From positions 55,076-119,075 of IMG/VR virus record IMGVR_UViG_3300030380_006811: a DNA stretch of 64,000 bases. One strand, given 5' to 3'. Below, piece after piece: positions 28,595 to 37,736 of this stretch (positions are counted from its first letter, which is position 1; each line of letters starts with the position of its first letter). Under the pieces are notes generated by a model. The model searched no databases. It was not told the origin of the DNA and saw nothing but the letters and a program-made list of their open reading frames with translations. The translations under genes and the position numbers were made by a program. Origin of the DNA: a virus.

Positions 28595-28746
28595 TGAGTA
28601 GAATAGAAGAATTAGTTTATAGCGCTTATGACCATGGTAAAAGAGAACCCTTACTTAAGGAAGTAAGCAAAATAAAAACAGAGTACCCACATATGAACTT
28701 AAATGATATATATGAGGAAGCATATAAAAATATAATGAATACGTAA
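28594..28746 (+). CDS. Hypothetical protein, 50 aa
   Basis: TAATG overlaps at both ends. Confidence 0.6.
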   Translation: MSRIEELVYSAYDHGKREPLLKEVSKIKTEYPHMNLNDIYEEAYKNIMNT

Positions 28747-29102
28747 TGATAGATTATAGTAAGTTATTAATAGGGAGTTTTTGGTTTATATTAGGCCATA
28801 TTGCAGTATTTTTTCAATTAAATGGGCAATTTAAATGGGATTGGTTTGCTAAAAATGAATGGGTATTAGCCACAGCTGGTTTAATTATATCATTTTTCTA
28901 TATTTGGGGAACTAAATATACAGTTCTAGCATTTGAAGGATTATTATGGCCTGCTAGATTTATTGGTTTTGGTATAGGAATGATTGTATACGCAGTTGGA
29001 GTTTGGTTTTTCTTTAAAGAAGGTATTACAAATAAAACATTTATTAGTTTATTGCTGTGTACTATTTTAATAGCAATTCAAGTATTATGGAAAACGGATT
29101 AA
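28746..29102 (+). CDS. Four-helix membrane protein (SMR/DMT-like size)
   Basis: 118 aa, four hydrophobic segments, FFFKEG before last helix. Confidence 0.6.
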   Translation: MIDYSKLLIGSFWFILGHIAVFFQLNGQFKWDWFAKNEWVLATAGLIISFFYIWGTKYTVLAFEGLLWPARFIGFGIGMIVYAVGVWFFFKEGITNKTFISLLLCTILIAIQVLWKTD

Positions 29103-29103
29103 T

Positions 29104-29727
29104 ATGAAATTAAATTTATTAAACGGTTTATTTTTTTCAAGACATGAACTAGATTTAGATCATGATTCTATCTATCAAGAAGTTTTAGATTCAAGATATA
29201 AACCTAAAGATAGTACTCATAATAGTAGACCACACTTTAAAGATGTATTTCCTGGTCATACTTTTTATGAAGACACTAATTTGTATGATGAAACTTATTT
29301 AACTATGAAAGGAGCAGTTGTTAGTCTTATTAATGGTATTTTTGGAGAAGGAATGTTACATCAAAGTGAAATATGGGGTCATATTATACCCCACAAAGAC
29401 CAAACAGTAGTACATGCTCATAGGGATGTTTTTAATGACGCCCCAGGTTTATCTTGGGCGTATTATCCTCATAGACCAGAAAATTCCGGTAATATAACCT
29501 TTATTACAAATGTAAATGGGTTTGATCATAAAGTTCCAGTTTACCCTAAAAAAGGAGAATTACTATTATTTTCAAATACTTTATTACATTTTACCCCTAG
29601 AAATGATAGTGGGGAAGATAGGGTTTCAGTTAGTGGGAATTTAAGTATTACAGATAAGTTAAAAGATATATTATATGAAGATATGGATTATAAAAACCCA
29701 TATTGGTATTATAATGGAAGATGCTAA
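29104..29727 (+). CDS. 2OG-Fe(II) oxygenase-like protein
   Basis: HAH, SWAYY, GELLLFSNTLLH, RVSVSGN. Confidence 0.8.
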   Translation: MKLNLLNGLFFSRHELDLDHDSIYQEVLDSRYKPKDSTHNSRPHFKDVFPGHTFYEDTNLYDETYLTMKGAVVSLINGIFGEGMLHQSEIWGHIIPHKDQTVVHAHRDVFNDAPGLSWAYYPHRPENSGNITFITNVNGFDHKVPVYPKKGELLLFSNTLLHFTPRNDSGEDRVSVSGNLSITDKLKDILYEDMDYKNPYWYYNGRC

Positions 29728-29881
29728 ATATAAAATTATGAATAATCATTGGTACAACGAAGGTAAAGAAATTTTAAATCAGGGTAGAACTGAAAAACAA
29801 TATAAAAGTTCAGCAATTGGAGCTTTTGTTAGTGGCTTATCCCTTATTATTATTTTTATTTTAATAGCAATTTTTGGATGA
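29675..29881 (+). CDS. Small membrane protein (true start probably downstream)
   Basis: QGRTEKQ plus C-terminal TM helix. Confidence 0.55.
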   Translation: MKIWIIKTHIGIIMEDAKYKIMNNHWYNEGKEILNQGRTEKQYKSSAIGAFVSGLSLIIIFILIAIFG

Positions 29882-30147
29882 GCAAAATTAAAGCGAGATG
29901 GATGCCTATATTAAGGGCAATGGTTCGAGATAGGAAATTAAATCCTATAGAACGTTTATCAACCAGAGTAGGTTATATGGGTGTAGGATTTTTAATAGCA
30001 GGACAATGGACTGTTGAACCTATTCTATTTATAATGGGGTTTTGTTGTGTACTAATTCAAGTATTAGTTCGTAGACAATGGAACCTAGTAATATTACAAC
30101 TTAATGGTCTAATAGCTTGGACTATACATTTTATAAACTCAATATGA
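29878..30147 (+). CDS. Small membrane protein
   Basis: Three hydrophobic segments. Confidence 0.65.
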   Translation: MSKIKARWMPILRAMVRDRKLNPIERLSTRVGYMGVGFLIAGQWTVEPILFIMGFCCVLIQVLVRRQWNLVILQLNGLIAWTIHFINSI

Positions 30148-30278
30148 CAAAACAAAATAAATTAGAGGCAATTAAAGCACTACAAGAAGCAATTTTACAA
30201 CTTAAATTAAGCCCAGAAGCTAAAAGTAAAAAAACAATTCAACAATTACAACAAAAATTAGACGAATTAACATCATGA
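30144..30278 (+). CDS. Hypothetical coiled-coil peptide, 44 aa
   Basis: ATGA overlaps at both ends. Confidence 0.55.
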   Translation: MTKQNKLEAIKALQEAILQLKLSPEAKSKKTIQQLQQKLDELTS

Positions 30279-30508
30279 AACATAAAGTTGATTTGCATGG
30301 AATGTCTATCAGAAGCGCTGTTGCTAAAGCGGAATCATTTTTAATTGAAGCATCATTTGATAAACATATGAATGTTGAAGTAATAACAGGTAAATCAGGC
30401 AACATGCAGGAGCATATAATTAAAGAAGTACTTGAACCCTATAAATTTGATTATTATATTCCACCTCATAATACAGGAACAATAATTGTAACTCAAAATG
30501 AATTATAA
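30275..30508 (+). CDS. Stand-alone Smr-domain protein
   Basis: VDLHG, VITGKSG, NTG. Confidence 0.8.
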   Translation: MKHKVDLHGMSIRSAVAKAESFLIEASFDKHMNVEVITGKSGNMQEHIIKEVLEPYKFDYYIPPHNTGTIIVTQNEL

Positions 30509-30704
30509 TATAATTTATTATGAAAATGATGCTTATGAAGTTATACATGATATAGCTGTTCATATGTTTCTAAATAAAGATAAATCAGTAAACCAACAAG
30601 TGTTAGGTTTATATGTTCACGATTGGCAAGCGGATAAAGTATTACAAAAGGATAATAAATTCTTAATATGCAAGAAAATAGAGGAAGCACAAATAATAGG
30701 ATAG
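30498..30704 (+). CDS. Hypothetical protein
   Basis: ORF in dense cluster. Confidence 0.6.
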   Translation: MNYNIIYYENDAYEVIHDIAVHMFLNKDKSVNQQVLGLYVHDWQADKVLQKDNKFLICKKIEEAQIIG

Positions 30705-31246
30705 CATTTTGTATTCCAGGAAATACATTCAGTGGTACATTTTTAAAATGTTGGACTCATTTAATTAAACAATTACCACCTAATATGGATTGGTTTTTAA
30801 TTAATGGTTATGCTCCAAATATAACTTATAGTAGACAATCACTGCTGATTAGAGCTCGAATGTTAAGACCAACTCATTATATGTGGATTGATGATGATCA
30901 AGTATTTACTTATGAGCAGTTTAAGACATTATATGATCATAACTTAGATATTGTAAGTGGAATATATAGAAAATCGGATGATTTATTTGCATGTTGTAAA
31001 TTAAATGGAGAAACATTAACAACAGAGGATAAAATAGTAGAAGGAGTAAGTGAAGTTATGGCTAATGGTTTTGGTTTTATGTTGGTTAAAGCAGAGGTAT
31101 TTGATCGCATAGATAAACCATTTGAATACTTAAATGAGGACCAATGGGAAGATTTTGGTTTTGCAAATAAAGCAAGACAACTAGGATATAAAGTAAACGT
31201 TGATTCAAACATAGTGGTGGGTCATGAAAAAAGTCGTATATTATGA
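30668..31246 (+). CDS. Glycosyltransferase-like protein (GT-A fold)
   Basis: THYMWIDDD, DIVSGIY, GFGFMLVK, EDFGF, VGHEK. Confidence 0.75.
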   Translation: MQENRGSTNNRIAFCIPGNTFSGTFLKCWTHLIKQLPPNMDWFLINGYAPNITYSRQSLLIRARMLRPTHYMWIDDDQVFTYEQFKTLYDHNLDIVSGIYRKSDDLFACCKLNGETLTTEDKIVEGVSEVMANGFGFMLVKAEVFDRIDKPFEYLNEDQWEDFGFANKARQLGYKVNVDSNIVVGHEKSRIL

Positions 31247-31383
31247 GTGGAGAAGATATTATAGAACGAGTTAATCAAATAAAAGAATTAATAATTAGGA
31301 ATCCGGATGGTGGAGATTTAGCTCTAAAGTATTGTGATTACCTAATTGATGATATTTACTTATATAGAAAACAATGTTTATGA
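31243..31383 (+). CDS. Hypothetical protein, 46 aa
   Basis: ATGA overlaps at both ends. Confidence 0.55.
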   Translation: MSGEDIIERVNQIKELIIRNPDGGDLALKYCDYLIDDIYLYRKQCL

Positions 31384-31523
31384 AAAAAAAGAGAGAATAC
31401 AATGGCATAGAATTGCAATCACCTTTATATCAACAAGTAGCTAGAGAAATGGCGGCAAAAAGGGGGGATAAAAAAGTGATAAATGAGTATAGAACAAAAA
31501 GAGGCAAACGAAGCTCTTTATAA
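31380..31523 (+). CDS. Small basic protein, 47 aa
   Basis: MKKKREYNG...RGKRSSL. Confidence 0.5.
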   Translation: MKKKREYNGIELQSPLYQQVAREMAAKRGDKKVINEYRTKRGKRSSL

Positions 31524-31560
31524 CACACATCAATAATTTAATACGTATATACAGGATATA

Positions 31561-31896
31561 ATGTGGAGGGAAAAAAGAAATCATTGTAGTTGGTGTGGTA
31601 AACCTACTCATATGGAAGCAATGCAGTTACCAGAGACGCCTATATTGGAATTTATGGAGGAAAAAATAGACGAGCATGGTAGAAATAAAATATGGGGTGA
31701 AGATGGTGATTGGAGCAGCCAAAACTTGGATTCAGACTTTGAAGCCGAGTTATTAGTGTATGATAATATGTTAAGTTCTATTTCAAGTAAAATAGTTTGT
31801 ATAACATGTTTACACGATGATGATAAATTGTGGGAAAAGTATTATGGTGAAGAACCAGATAATGATGTTGAAATAAGATTTGATGCGGATTTTTAA
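31561..31896 (+). CDS. Zinc-binding hypothetical protein
   Basis: CSWC...CITC. Confidence 0.65.
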   Translation: MWREKRNHCSWCGKPTHMEAMQLPETPILEFMEEKIDEHGRNKIWGEDGDWSSQNLDSDFEAELLVYDNMLSSISSKIVCITCLHDDDKLWEKYYGEEPDNDVEIRFDADF

Positions 31897-32053
31897 ACGT
31901 GGTTGGAGATTGTGGGCTAAAGCCTTGGGTGAGAAGCAGGGCAATAATAGGGAAGCAGATAAGATAGCGGCGATGAGAACATTAATAGTAATTCAGGCGA
32001 TAATAACGAACGTTCTGATTGCGATAAACATAATAATAAACTGGATAAAATAA
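31883..32053 (+). CDS. Small membrane protein, 56 aa (WRLWAKALGEK...EADKIA type)
   Basis: Motif recalled from small proteins of marine T4-like phages; C-terminal TM helix. Confidence 0.65.
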   Translation: MRIFKRGWRLWAKALGEKQGNNREADKIAAMRTLIVIQAIITNVLIAINIIINWIK

Positions 32054-32055
32054 AT

Positions 32056-32217
32056 ATGAGCAAAACATTTAAATTAAAGTACACTGAATTAATAGGTGAG
32101 GATCAAGAACGTGATGGGGAAATGATCATTAAAACAAAAAATATACAATGGACTATGGAGCAGTTCTGTAGAAATAGACATGTAATAAAAATGGATTGGA
32201 AACAAATTAAACATTAA
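32056..32217 (+). CDS. Hypothetical protein, 53 aa
   Basis: MSKTFKLKY...; packed ORF. Confidence 0.55.
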   Translation: MSKTFKLKYTELIGEDQERDGEMIIKTKNIQWTMEQFCRNRHVIKMDWKQIKH

Positions 32218-32222
32218 ATAAT

Positions 32223-32348
32223 ATGAGTAAAAATAGTCATAAACAAATGTACGAGCAATTGGTACAATGGTTACCTACGTTGAGTAGCAAACGTAAAAAA
32301 CGTGTTAAATCAAGGAATACTGGGCAACGCAAAGCGTATAATCGCTAA
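32223..32348 (+). CDS. Small basic protein, 41 aa
   Basis: MSKNSHKQMYEQLVQW... Confidence 0.5.
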   Translation: MSKNSHKQMYEQLVQWLPTLSSKRKKRVKSRNTGQRKAYNR

Positions 32349-32429
32349 GTGTGACAATCATATTCTAAAGTGTGACATACGAATATAGTAATATTCAAAT
32401 GTACATAAATTTAGATATAATGTGTGACA
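32347..32429. repeat. Three direct GTGTGACA repeats
   Basis: AAGTGTGACA at 32347 and 32368 (21-bp spacing), GTGTGACA at 32422. Confidence 0.7.
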
Positions 32430-32632
32430 AAAAATGGTGGTGTTACGTGAACTAAAAACGAGGGGGTATTAACCCCTGTGCATCGCAAGCCAACCTATTT
32501 CGACTCGACGAGTATATATTTGTGAACAATGCAATGTTCATAGGTGATCATAACGTTTCACTTGAGGATACGTCAATAAAACATTAGATACGTTGTGAAT
32601 ACAACAATAATAATAAAATAATGACGTAAACA

Positions 32633-32664
32633 TTTGGATACCAGGGTAATGGTTCGTATATTTA
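32633..32664 (+). promoter_or_regulatory. Host-type promoter
   Basis: TTTG-N18-CGTATATTTA. Confidence 0.8.
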
Positions 32665-32687
32665 GGTGTTAATTGTTAATAAAGGTT

Positions 32688-32972
32688 ATGTATACAGTAA
32701 GAGAATTAGATTTAAGCATGGTAAACGAATTAAAGCAATTCGAGGGTAAGATATTTAGTGATAATTCAAGCAACACCGGTAGTAGCCTGTGTTTGAAAGT
32801 TGACCGTAATGAAGGTAGGGTATATTACCAGGAATGCTATAGTGAATATGCTAATTTCAACGGTAAAAATCGTGACGGTGCTCCTCGCACCGATAAACTA
32901 TACCACCCAACACCTGGATTAAATACAATGACGTTAAGCCAATTCTACGGTTGCGCTATAGGTTGGGTATAA
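32688..32972 (+). CDS. Hypothetical early protein (start at 32688)
   Basis: Own promoter (32633-32662) and AAAGGTTATG start motif. Confidence 0.7.
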   Translation: MYTVRELDLSMVNELKQFEGKIFSDNSSNTGSSLCLKVDRNEGRVYYQECYSEYANFNGKNRDGAPRTDKLYHPTPGLNTMTLSQFYGCAIGWV

Positions 32973-33346
32973 ATTAATTAATACAAACATATTACTTACC
33001 ACCATGGTACTCCTTACCGCGGTGGTACTTCCCTACGTATACCTTACTACATACTGGATATATACTTAATATTATAATTACGCCGGTATACCGCCATATA
33101 TATACATACATAATCCCATACGCGTTGGTGTCCATATATGCGTGTATACGCAAAGAAAGGGTGTAGCACAATTTATGGCTCGTACACGATTTTACACATC
33201 GGATTGTATATACTTATATTTGTGTACCTATGTAAATTAAGAGAATTGTCAATATGGCTATTAGACACGCCATTACTAGACTAACACTAGCCATTAACTT
33301 TATTATTAGACCTAATTGTTTTCTATTTTTCATATTATAATATTAT

Positions 33347-33370
33347 AGACCCCCCGAAGGGGGTCTTTTT
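33347..33370. terminator. Intrinsic terminator, probably bidirectional
   Basis: AGACCCCC-CGAA-GGGGGTCT-TTTT; reads as a cUUCGg tetraloop on the minus strand; lies between convergent genes. Confidence 0.85.
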
Positions 33371-33453
33371 CCATTTAACGCCAAAATTTAGAAAATAGTA
33401 AAATGGCAACCTTCTTTTTTCAAAACCTTTTTGGCGTCGAGGAAAATATATAC

Positions 33454-34068
33454 TTATCTATACCAACCTTTTTCGGTAGCTAGTTCTACGGGTATATAGT
33501 GTCCAAAACTACACATTAATCTATTTCTGTCACCGTCAATTCTGGATGACCCATGTTCATATAACCCAGCTAATACTACCCAAGGTTCATTCTCTTCCAC
33601 ATATATTTCTTCACCATCATTTATAGGATTACCTCCACTTTCAGGTTTTTGGATTTGGATATTAAATCTACAGTGAATTTTATCTTTAATTTGGTATATG
33701 TCGTCTACTTTTTCGTATTTTGATTCATCAGGACCATCAGCACATACATTAGGGTCTTTATGCATATGAGTAGAATGACCCTTATAAAATGATGCTAACA
33801 TAAATCCATAATTATCATCAATAGGTAAATCCAGTGGTATGTCGAATGTTTTAAGTATTATATTTCTTAATTCAAAAAACTCATCAAATGGAAAACCACC
33901 ATCAATTAAATCTTGAGGTTTTAAATCAACATTAGGCCTTGCTATAACCCTTCCCCCCTCATGTGGAGGTTCTAATGTTAAATACTTTTCTAGATTTTCT
34001 TCTACCGACATCCATTTTAATATAGCTTCGGTATACTTTTTATCTATTATAACCCCACTTCTCATCAA
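33454..34068 (-). CDS. 2OG-Fe(II) oxygenase-like protein
   Basis: HKD, QKPESGG, HGSSRIDGDRNRLMCSFG. Confidence 0.75.
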   Translation of the reverse strand: MMRSGVIIDKKYTEAILKWMSVEENLEKYLTLEPPHEGGRVIARPNVDLKPQDLIDGGFPFDEFFELRNIILKTFDIPLDLPIDDNYGFMLASFYKGHSTHMHKDPNVCADGPDESKYEKVDDIYQIKDKIHCRFNIQIQKPESGGNPINDGEEIYVEENEPWVVLAGLYEHGSSRIDGDRNRLMCSFGHYIPVELATEKGWYR

Positions 34069-34472
34069 TATCTATTATTAAAATTAGGATCTTCCTTCAA
34101 TGCCCTAATCATCCCCTGTGTATTTTGTATCTCGTTATGAAGTTTTTTTATCTCCGCTTCCGTTAAATCTATAAACTGATTTGTCCTCTGTTGATATCCA
34201 ATAAATGCCCCCTTATTATTTTCAATCCTTTTTCCTAAATCCGTTATTTCAATATAAGAGTCCTTTTCCATCTTCTCCTTCACATCTCGTATATATAAAT
34301 TCAGCTCATCTAATTTTTCTACGTTCTCCCCATACCTAATAGAGGAGATATTTGATGATGATTGTAGCGACGTCAGTAATTCATTATATTTAATTTTCAC
34401 CGAACGTAAGTATACCGCACTGTAAACCGCTATCACCGTAATAATCCCACTAATAAAATATATCAATTCCAT
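34065..34472 (-). CDS. Membrane-anchored coiled-coil protein
   Basis: N-terminal TM helix then heptad-like region. Confidence 0.65.
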   Translation of the reverse strand: MELIYFISGIITVIAVYSAVYLRSVKIKYNELLTSLQSSSNISSIRYGENVEKLDELNLYIRDVKEKMEKDSYIEITDLGKRIENNKGAFIGYQQRTNQFIDLTEAEIKKLHNEIQNTQGMIRALKEDPNFNNRY

Positions 34473-34475
34473 AAT

Positions 34476-34793
34476 TTACAAATATTCATCGTTAATAATT
34501 TTCTCTATATCAAACCAAAGAGTATTATAATCAACTGTTGCCTTATAATATCCTTTTTCAAATAACACTATTGTTGGGTAGTGTGTTATTGGTTTTGGAT
34601 ATAATTGTGTCGATCTTGGAAACATTGGTGCCTCTATATAAACCATAGGTAATAGATCACTTACGTTTTTTAACATTGGTTTTAGATTAACACAAGTTTT
34701 ACAACCTCTAGAACCAAAAATTACTAATAATTTAGGTGCTGTAATAAAATTAGAGAGATTATCCCTTGTTAGTTCAATAAAACTTTTACTCAT
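34476..34793 (-). CDS. Thioredoxin-like protein
   Basis: GCKTC (CxxC), HYPTIVLFEKG cis-Pro motif. Confidence 0.8.
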   Translation of the reverse strand: MSKSFIELTRDNLSNFITAPKLLVIFGSRGCKTCVNLKPMLKNVSDLLPMVYIEAPMFPRSTQLYPKPITHYPTIVLFEKGYYKATVDYNTLWFDIEKIINDEYL

Positions 34794-34799
34794 GTAGAC

Positions 34800-34829
34800 A
34801 ATATACGATTCTGTATTGGTTTTTCCACA
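34800..34829 (-). promoter_or_regulatory. Host-type promoter driving the minus-strand operon
   Basis: Reverse complement TGTG-N18-CGTATATT upstream of the thioredoxin. Confidence 0.75.
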
Positions 34830-34918
34830 TAATTTTATAAAATATCTTATAATATACTGTATATACGTATTTATAGATTGAATATTGTAAAAGAGAGTAA
34901 GTTTTTAGGACTTTTTAT

Positions 34919-34928
34919 ATATTTATAA
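34919..34928 (+). promoter_or_regulatory. Putative late promoter
   Basis: ATATTTATAA. Confidence 0.7.
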
Positions 34929-34953
34929 TAAAACAAATATAATTCAATAAACC

Positions 34954-35943
34954 ATGGTAAACACTCACTTAGTAACTTGGCAAGAATTTCTAAAAGAGAA
35001 GGAAAATAAAAACCTTCCTATTATGGAAGCCAAAGCAAAATATTTAAAACTTCAAAGAAAGTTTAATTTACTTATGGAGGCCGAAGTTGCTGCTTACAAT
35101 GCTGTGGCTTTGAATTCTGTAACACATGGATCCCAAGGTGGTGATCCTTCCTTAGTCAACCCAATTAAAAACATCTTTTTCTCGGATATTCCAACTAAAA
35201 TAGAGGATGGTAATGATCCTGTAGCAATAACTTTAGTATTTCAATATCCTGTATTAGTTACTGGTAATCCTGCTATTAAAATTGCAAATGGACAGCAAGG
35301 TGGAGGAACTGAAAATAATATAGTATTAGCATATGATAGTGGAACTGGTACTGATACACTTGTATTTAATTCTACTCAAGTTTCTGCCAATGTAGATGGT
35401 GATCAACCAATTGGAGCAGGAAAATTATTAGTAGGACAAGATATAGCTAGTATTGTAGTACAAGGAATTACTGGTATTAATGCAGCAGGTACAACAACTG
35501 GTGTTTCTGGGGTAGCAGCAGCAGCTGGAGGTGGTGCAGGAACAGCTCAACAAGATGTTGTATTAACAATTGTTAATGATGTTGCTGGTAACTTTGATTC
35601 AGCTACAATTACTTCTATTGCAAGTACTTCTACTGCTTATTATAATGTAGGTGATACAATTACTGTTGCAGCTTCTGAATTATCAGCAGTTGGTGGATCA
35701 GGTGGATCTGCAGTATTTACTATTACAAATGCTACTTTAACAGGTGATACTTTAGGAATACCTAGAGGTATTGAAATTGTAGAAAACCCAGGAACAGTAT
35801 CATCCCCATCACTTGGAACAATTGCTTTTGATGCCACTAATTTTATTACCCTTCAATCTGGTGAAAAAATAGGATATGAAAATTATATGACATATTCTAA
35901 CGCTATAGTAGGAGGTAATGTTAATGCAGAAGCCGACGGATAA
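34954..35943 (+). CDS. Putative virion structural protein
   Basis: G/A/T/S-rich beta-type sequence; ATATTTATAA upstream; terminator downstream. Confidence 0.6.
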   Translation: MVNTHLVTWQEFLKEKENKNLPIMEAKAKYLKLQRKFNLLMEAEVAAYNAVALNSVTHGSQGGDPSLVNPIKNIFFSDIPTKIEDGNDPVAITLVFQYPVLVTGNPAIKIANGQQGGGTENNIVLAYDSGTGTDTLVFNSTQVSANVDGDQPIGAGKLLVGQDIASIVVQGITGINAAGTTTGVSGVAAAAGGGAGTAQQDVVLTIVNDVAGNFDSATITSIASTSTAYYNVGDTITVAASELSAVGGSGGSAVFTITNATLTGDTLGIPRGIEIVENPGTVSSPSLGTIAFDATNFITLQSGEKIGYENYMTYSNAIVGGNVNAEADG

Positions 35944-35964
35944 TAGATAATATTTAAATAAATT

Positions 35965-35996
35965 AAAGGGATAAACGTTAGTTTATCCTTTTTTTT
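35965..35996 (+). terminator. Intrinsic terminator
   Basis: AAAGGGATAAAC-GTTA-GTTTATCCTTTT plus T run. Confidence 0.85.
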
Positions 35997-36006
35997 ATAT
36001 TTATAA
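35997..36006 (+). promoter_or_regulatory. Putative late promoter
   Basis: ATATTTATAA directly after a terminator. Confidence 0.7.
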
Positions 36007-36018
36007 TAAAATACTATT

Positions 36019-36399
36019 ATGGCACAAATTTACGATTCAGCAGAATTAAGTGGGGCAGGAACTTTATTAAAAGATAATCTGCCTGTAGGGGTAAATAAAT
36101 TTCTGTTTGACACTAGATTTAATGAAGGTACTGTTTATTTTATTTTTGAGACAGTTAGAAATAATGATGGTTTTTATGATTCTAGTTCTTCTACTAATGC
36201 CAGTGGTCTTGTACGTATTGATCTCCCACCTGTGGGGGCAACATTAGTTCCTATTGATCTTATTCAATCTGATTATATTTGGGGTGTTGTATTACCACCT
36301 GGAGGAACTGTTGGGTTAACATTTATCCCAACAACACAAGTTGATGCTGGGGCAGTATTTTTAAGAGGTACCGGTGAGGTTACATTAACAATTTCTTGA
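36019..36399 (+). CDS. Putative virion structural protein
   Basis: Beta-rich; late-type motif at 35997. Confidence 0.55.
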   Translation: MAQIYDSAELSGAGTLLKDNLPVGVNKFLFDTRFNEGTVYFIFETVRNNDGFYDSSSSTNASGLVRIDLPPVGATLVPIDLIQSDYIWGVVLPPGGTVGLTFIPTTQVDAGAVFLRGTGEVTLTIS

Positions 36400-36417
36400 T
36401 AATTTCCTGCGCATCTA

Positions 36418-36449
36418 TTTGGCTACCCAGGAAACGGTTCGTATATTTA
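36418..36449 (+). promoter_or_regulatory. Host-type promoter
   Basis: TTTG-N18-CGTATATTTA. Confidence 0.8.
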
Positions 36450-36474
36450 CCCCATATTAATAATAATAAAGGTT

Positions 36475-36765
36475 ATGTCAAATTTAAACGAAGTGTTAGC
36501 ATTCATTAAAAATGCAAATAGATCCGAATTAAAAGAAATTTATAATGCTTATGCAATTGGAATGTCAGTTGTAAGACACGAGCAAAAAGAATCATTTAAA
36601 ATTGGTGATATTGTTAAAATTAATCATAAAACGGTTAATGATAATGATAGATTTAGAGTAATTAAAATTATGTCTAAAAATATTAAAGTAGTAAAAACTA
36701 ATGTTCCTGAAGGTCGTATTGCAGGAGAAATTAGAGTTTCACCAGGTTTATTAGAAGTTGCCTAA
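36475..36765 (+). CDS. Hypothetical early protein
   Basis: Own promoter and AAAGGTTATG. Confidence 0.7.
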   Translation: MSNLNEVLAFIKNANRSELKEIYNAYAIGMSVVRHEQKESFKIGDIVKINHKTVNDNDRFRVIKIMSKNIKVVKTNVPEGRIAGEIRVSPGLLEVA

Positions 36766-36777
36766 AAAGTAATGCAC

Positions 36778-36805
36778 AGGGAGCTTGGCTACCCAGGCTC
36801 CCTTT
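36778..36805 (+). terminator. Terminator hairpin overlapping next promoter
   Basis: AGGGAGCTTGG-CTAC-CCAGGCTCCCT-TT. Confidence 0.75.
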
Positions 36806-36815
36806 CGTATATTTA
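36784..36815 (+). promoter_or_regulatory. Host-type promoter
   Basis: CTTG-N18-CGTATATTTA. Confidence 0.8.
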
Positions 36816-36851
36816 CCCCATATTAATAATTTAAAAATTAAAATAAGAGTT

Positions 36852-37736
36852 ATGTTAGATTTAAGTAAAAGTCAAGAGTTAAGTAAAGATGAGTTAAGAG
36901 AGATCGCTCCAAGTATCTTCTCAACTAAGCCTTCTCCCGAGGTATCAAAGAAATATTCACATATTCCAACTGATAAGTTAATTGATGATATGAAATTATT
37001 AGGTTGGAAAGCTATTGATGCTAAGGAAGTTAATGCTAGACAAAAAAGTACTAGAGGTTTCCAAAAACACCTTGTAGTATTTAGAAATCCTGATATTGTA
37101 ATTAATCATAATCCAAATGGTTTAACTAAAGATAGTACTTCTCCTACAGGATGGAGAAATTCAGATGGTACTTTCGGTAAGAAAAATAGTGTTGATACTG
37201 TTTTTCCACAAATCCTATTAACTAATTCACATGATGGTAAAAATGCATTTACCTTTACTGCAGGATTATTTAGAATGATCTGTGAAAATGGTTTAGTTGT
37301 TTCTACTAATGAATTTGAAAAAGTAGCAATTAGACATATGGGGTATGATTTTGATGAATTACAAAAGCAAATTACTGAAATGGTTGAAAAATTACCATTA
37401 ACTGTAGAATCAATGAATAAAATGATTGATACTAAAATGGAGCAAAAAGCAATTGTTGATTTTGCTAAAGATATGCTTGCAGTTAGATTCCCAGAAGAGG
37501 AATTAAAAAGAATTACTATTGATATGGATGAATTTATTACTCCAGTTAGACCTGAAGATAAAGGGAAAGATTTATGGAGTGTATTTAATGTAATTCAAGA
37601 AAAAATCATTGAAGGTGATTTTGAGTATACAGTAGGTAGTAAGCATAGAAAAGCTAGACAAATTAAAAACTTTAAACAAGATATGGATTTGAATAGTAAA
37701 ATGTTTGATATTGCACTTGAATACGTTAATGCTTAA
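36852..37736 (+). CDS. DUF932/DUF945-family protein
   Basis: APSIF, YSHIPT, FQKH, NSHDG, GLFRMICENGLV, LWSVFNVIQE. Confidence 0.85.
   Translation: MLDLSKSQELSKDELREIAPSIFSTKPSPEVSKKYSHIPTDKLIDDMKLLGWKAIDAKEVNARQKSTRGFQKHLVVFRNPDIVINHNPNGLTKDSTSPTGWRNSDGTFGKKNSVDTVFPQILLTNSHDGKNAFTFTAGLFRMICENGLVVSTNEFEKVAIRHMGYDFDELQKQITEMVEKLPLTVESMNKMIDTKMEQKAIVDFAKDMLAVRFPEEELKRITIDMDEFITPVRPEDKGKDLWSVFNVIQEKIIEGDFEYTVGSKHRKARQIKNFKQDMDLNSKMFDIALEYVNA

Noticed and set aside
1815-31245. Leaderless mRNAs where CGTATATT directly abuts ATG (1823, 5919, 31243)
   Set aside because: If the motif is a -7 box the start site would fall at or after the ATG, so these promoters more likely serve downstream genes; cannot be resolved without TSS data
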